From Escherichia phage vB_EcoD_SU57, in the sequence record MT511058.1: a stretch of 46,150 nt of DNA. One strand, 5' to 3'. The notes under the pieces are model-generated. The model saw only the letters and a program-made list of their open reading frames with translations, had not been told where the DNA came from and did not search any database. Below are positions 44,464-46,150 of this stretch, piece by piece. Each line of letters opens with the position of its first letter. The first letter of the stretch is position 1. Position numbers and translations under genes: made by a program.

Positions 44464-44813
44464 TTGTATTGAGCCTCGAAGTGATAAGTTTCACATAATG
44501 TGTAAAAACCCACATCCTCACTGCGGTATAGCTGCCAGGCATTACCATCCTCATCATAAATGTAACCAGCAGATTGACCAAGTCCAGCATGAAGATTAAC
44601 TTGATAACGCTTTTTCTCTTTAAAGTCTTTTTTAACTCCTGACTTGTGATTAACCTTAGTTACATAAAGCGTTTTGGTCTTAATGTACTTGCCTCGCTCT
44701 TCAAGGTTAATCCATTTGCCATCTTTCTTGATTTGCTCCACACCATCTTTAACGCGAGCTTTATAGAGTACGTTTTCGTTGCTAATGAAGTTCTTGGTAA
44801 TCGTAGTAGTCAT
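44460..44813 (-). CDS. hypothetical protein (117 aa)
   Basis: start moved to internal ATG 44813 after conserved leader. Confidence 0.5.
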   Translation of the reverse strand: MTTTITKNFISNENVLYKARVKDGVEQIKKDGKWINLEERGKYIKTKTLYVTKVNHKSGVKKDFKEKKRYQVNLHAGLGQSAGYIYDEDGNAWQLYRSEDVGFYTLCETYHFEAQYK

Positions 44814-44876
44814 TTTGTTTGCCTCTGTCTGTTTCGTTTCTATATAAAGAAAATGCCGCATCCTTGCGACTCTGCT

Positions 44877-45068
44877 TTAACATAAAATGTTATTTTCTAC
44901 AATAAGATCAAACTCCTCAATCTGATAATAATCAGGACCATAACCATTATCTATATCGATACCTAAGAGTCTATTCTTTTCAAGTTCAGCTAGTTCCTCT
45001 GTATCAAAAACACCACAAATTTCAAAGCCGTCATAGTTAGTGTAAGCATTAAGTATGTAAACTTTCAT
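44877..45068 (-). CDS. hypothetical acidic protein (63 aa)
   Basis: ORF with TGGAGAT RBS downstream of box promoter. Confidence 0.5.
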   Translation of the reverse strand: MKVYILNAYTNYDGFEICGVFDTEELAELEKNRLLGIDIDNGYGPDYYQIEEFDLIVENNILC

Positions 45069-45094
45069 TTTCTATCTCCAGTTTCGATGAAGTA

Positions 45095-45139
45095 ACTATA
45101 CAACAAAAGCCCCGATTGGCTTTAGCAATTCGTGCTATT
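45095..45139 (-). promoter_or_regulatory. box (reverse, AATAGCACGAATTGCTAAAG) plus TATAGT at 22 nt
   Basis: perfect consensus, fixed phasing. Confidence 0.55.
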
Positions 45140-45286
45140 GCGCGCCTTTTCTATCGCCTTAAGCATAATCTCGTGACTTTCGAGCAAGTCCTCTCGAAAC
45201 CAGTCACCGCAAGGCCAGCCCTTTCCGCTGTATGAGCTGATGACCTCAAGATCGAAATAATTTATCTCAGATGGCAGGAGCATCAT
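45122..45286 (-). CDS. small hypothetical protein (54 aa) ending NSTNC
   Basis: GAGGTGAA RBS; C-terminal five residues encoded by the box. Confidence 0.3.
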   Translation of the reverse strand: MMLLPSEINYFDLEVISSYSGKGWPCGDWFREDLLESHEIMLKAIEKARNSTNC

Positions 45287-45522
45287 TTCACCTCATCAAA
45301 AGTTGCAATCCCAGGAATAAACATCCCAACCTTCCATCCAGCGATAGCAATCCATCCAGAATCGTGCTTGTGCGGTCGCTCAGCGCCATTAATCACCCAT
45401 TCGTTCGGGATTGTCTTACCGTTAATGATTAGCGGCTCAGAGTCGTATACAGAGCCTTTTACGAATGGCGTTAATACTTTCTTGTCGGTGCTTGTAATGC
45501 AATTGGTGCAGCGAATTTTCAT
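45283..45522 (-). CDS. hypothetical protein (79 aa), tandem paralog of 45524-45724
   Basis: shared IA..G......IPG..TF pattern. Confidence 0.5.
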   Translation of the reverse strand: MKIRCTNCITSTDKKVLTPFVKGSVYDSEPLIINGKTIPNEWVINGAERPHKHDSGWIAIAGWKVGMFIPGIATFDEVK

Positions 45523-45523
45523 A

Positions 45524-45724
45524 CTAATCCCTCACTGCCTGAAAAGTTAAACCACCTGGAATTGCTGCTACGATAAGTCCGTCATGAGCAATAAAACAGA
45601 ATACAGGAACGTAATTATCACTCACTACCGCGCGATTATATTCATCGTAATAATACTCATTGCCCTTAGTAAACTTCCACGTCCCATTATCGAAATTATT
45701 AAGGCACTTAACTTTAACTTTCAT
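45524..45724 (-). CDS. hypothetical protein (66 aa), tandem paralog of 45283-45522
   Basis: ORF with GAGGATTGAG RBS. Confidence 0.5.
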   Translation of the reverse strand: MKVKVKCLNNFDNGTWKFTKGNEYYYDEYNRAVVSDNYVPVFCFIAHDGLIVAAIPGGLTFQAVRD

Positions 45725-45734
45725 ATCTCAATCC

Positions 45735-45911
45735 TCAAAATGGAATGCAGTGATTACAACCTTCACCATTGCAACAGAAATCTTCATCTTCTGACTGGAA
45801 TTGCTTAGCCAAATCAATGTCTAACTTTCCGCGCAACACAAGTTCAGTGTAATCTTCGTTCAGCCCAATCAGTGCGCATTCGTGGCGTAATTCATCTTTG
45901 TCAATCTTCAT
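45735..45911 (-). CDS. small Cys-rich protein (58 aa, CCNGEGCNHC)
   Basis: ORF after GAGGGTATAG RBS downstream of box promoter; below track cutoff. Confidence 0.35.
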   Translation of the reverse strand: MKIDKDELRHECALIGLNEDYTELVLRGKLDIDLAKQFQSEDEDFCCNGEGCNHCIPF

Positions 45912-45938
45912 ATCTATACCCTCGCTGTTGATGAGTTA

Positions 45939-45984
45939 ACTATATCCTCACCAGATAGATATGTCTTTAGCAAAAAGTGCTATT
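45939..45984 (-). promoter_or_regulatory. box variant (AATAGCACTTTTTGCTAAAG, reverse) plus TATAGT at 23 nt
   Basis: outermost promoter of the reverse-strand block. Confidence 0.5.
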
Positions 45985-45990
45985 CGTTAG

Positions 45991-46110
45991 ATTTATGTAT
46001 TGTTGCAGATATTGCAATGATTCACATGATTATTGCACATATAGCAATATTGCTTCAGATGCAATGATGTTTTTTATTGTTGCGGATTGAGTAATTAAGC
46101 AATGAGTGAG
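45991..46110. repeat. array of palindromic elements (TTGCAGATATTGCAA, GCAATATTGC) and three GCAATGA words
   Basis: inverted repeats read directly; GCAATGA at 46014, 46061, 46099. Confidence 0.55.
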
Positions 46111-46150
46111 TGAATGAAAGATGGATGGACTACCATACAAGTTGATTTTA

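Noticed and set aside
1526-45984. Repeated box interpreted as a CRISPR array or as rho-independent terminators
   Set aside because: Copies are dispersed over the whole window at irregular intervals without repeat-spacer periodicity; the potential stem is only 4 bp (AGCA/TGCT) and no U-tract follows.
1-46150. Integrase, excisionase or CI-like repressor module and attachment site (for example the tRNA as att)
   Set aside because: No tyrosine or serine recombinase-like ORF was seen; the genome looks virulent and the tRNA sits among phage genes rather than at a prophage boundary.

Overview
The window reads as most of the genome of a virulent siphovirus whose gene order resembles T1-like (Drexlerviridae-type) coliphages; this assignment is inference from gene content and order, not a database hit. 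Left to right: an AT-rich non-coding region; a block of small early genes (463-5225, + strand); tRNA-Arg(UCU); a virion module (terS, terL, portal, head genes, major capsid, neck, major tail, G/GT chaperone with -1 frameshift, tape measure, lambda-like gpM/L/K/I/J tail tip); a reverse-strand lipoprotein plus putative receptor-binding protein pair; a second AT-rich region; a recombination module (exonuclease, Erf-like annealase, SSB); a reverse-strand lateral tail fiber and primase; helicase, VRR-NUC, phosphoesterase, phosphatase and kinase genes; a lysis cassette (holin, SAR endolysin, unimolecular spanin); and a reverse-strand block with an HNH-AP2 endonuclease and a DUF3987-like P-loop protein. 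No integrase or repressor module was seen. The most striking signal is a conserved box, consensus ATAGCACGAATTGCTAAAG, present in about 19 copies at gene boundaries. In 14 copies a -10-like hexamer lies exactly 22 nt after the TTGCTA core, which is too far for a sigma70 -35/-10 pair. The virion operon lacks the box except for two paralogous 110-117 aa gene cassettes inserted into it. Other leads are a truncated paralog of the DUF3987-like protein, twin AT-rich repeat regions, and a palindrome array at the right edge. All functional calls rest on motif recognition by eye; coordinates of starts moved from the ORF track were re-derived from the sequence.
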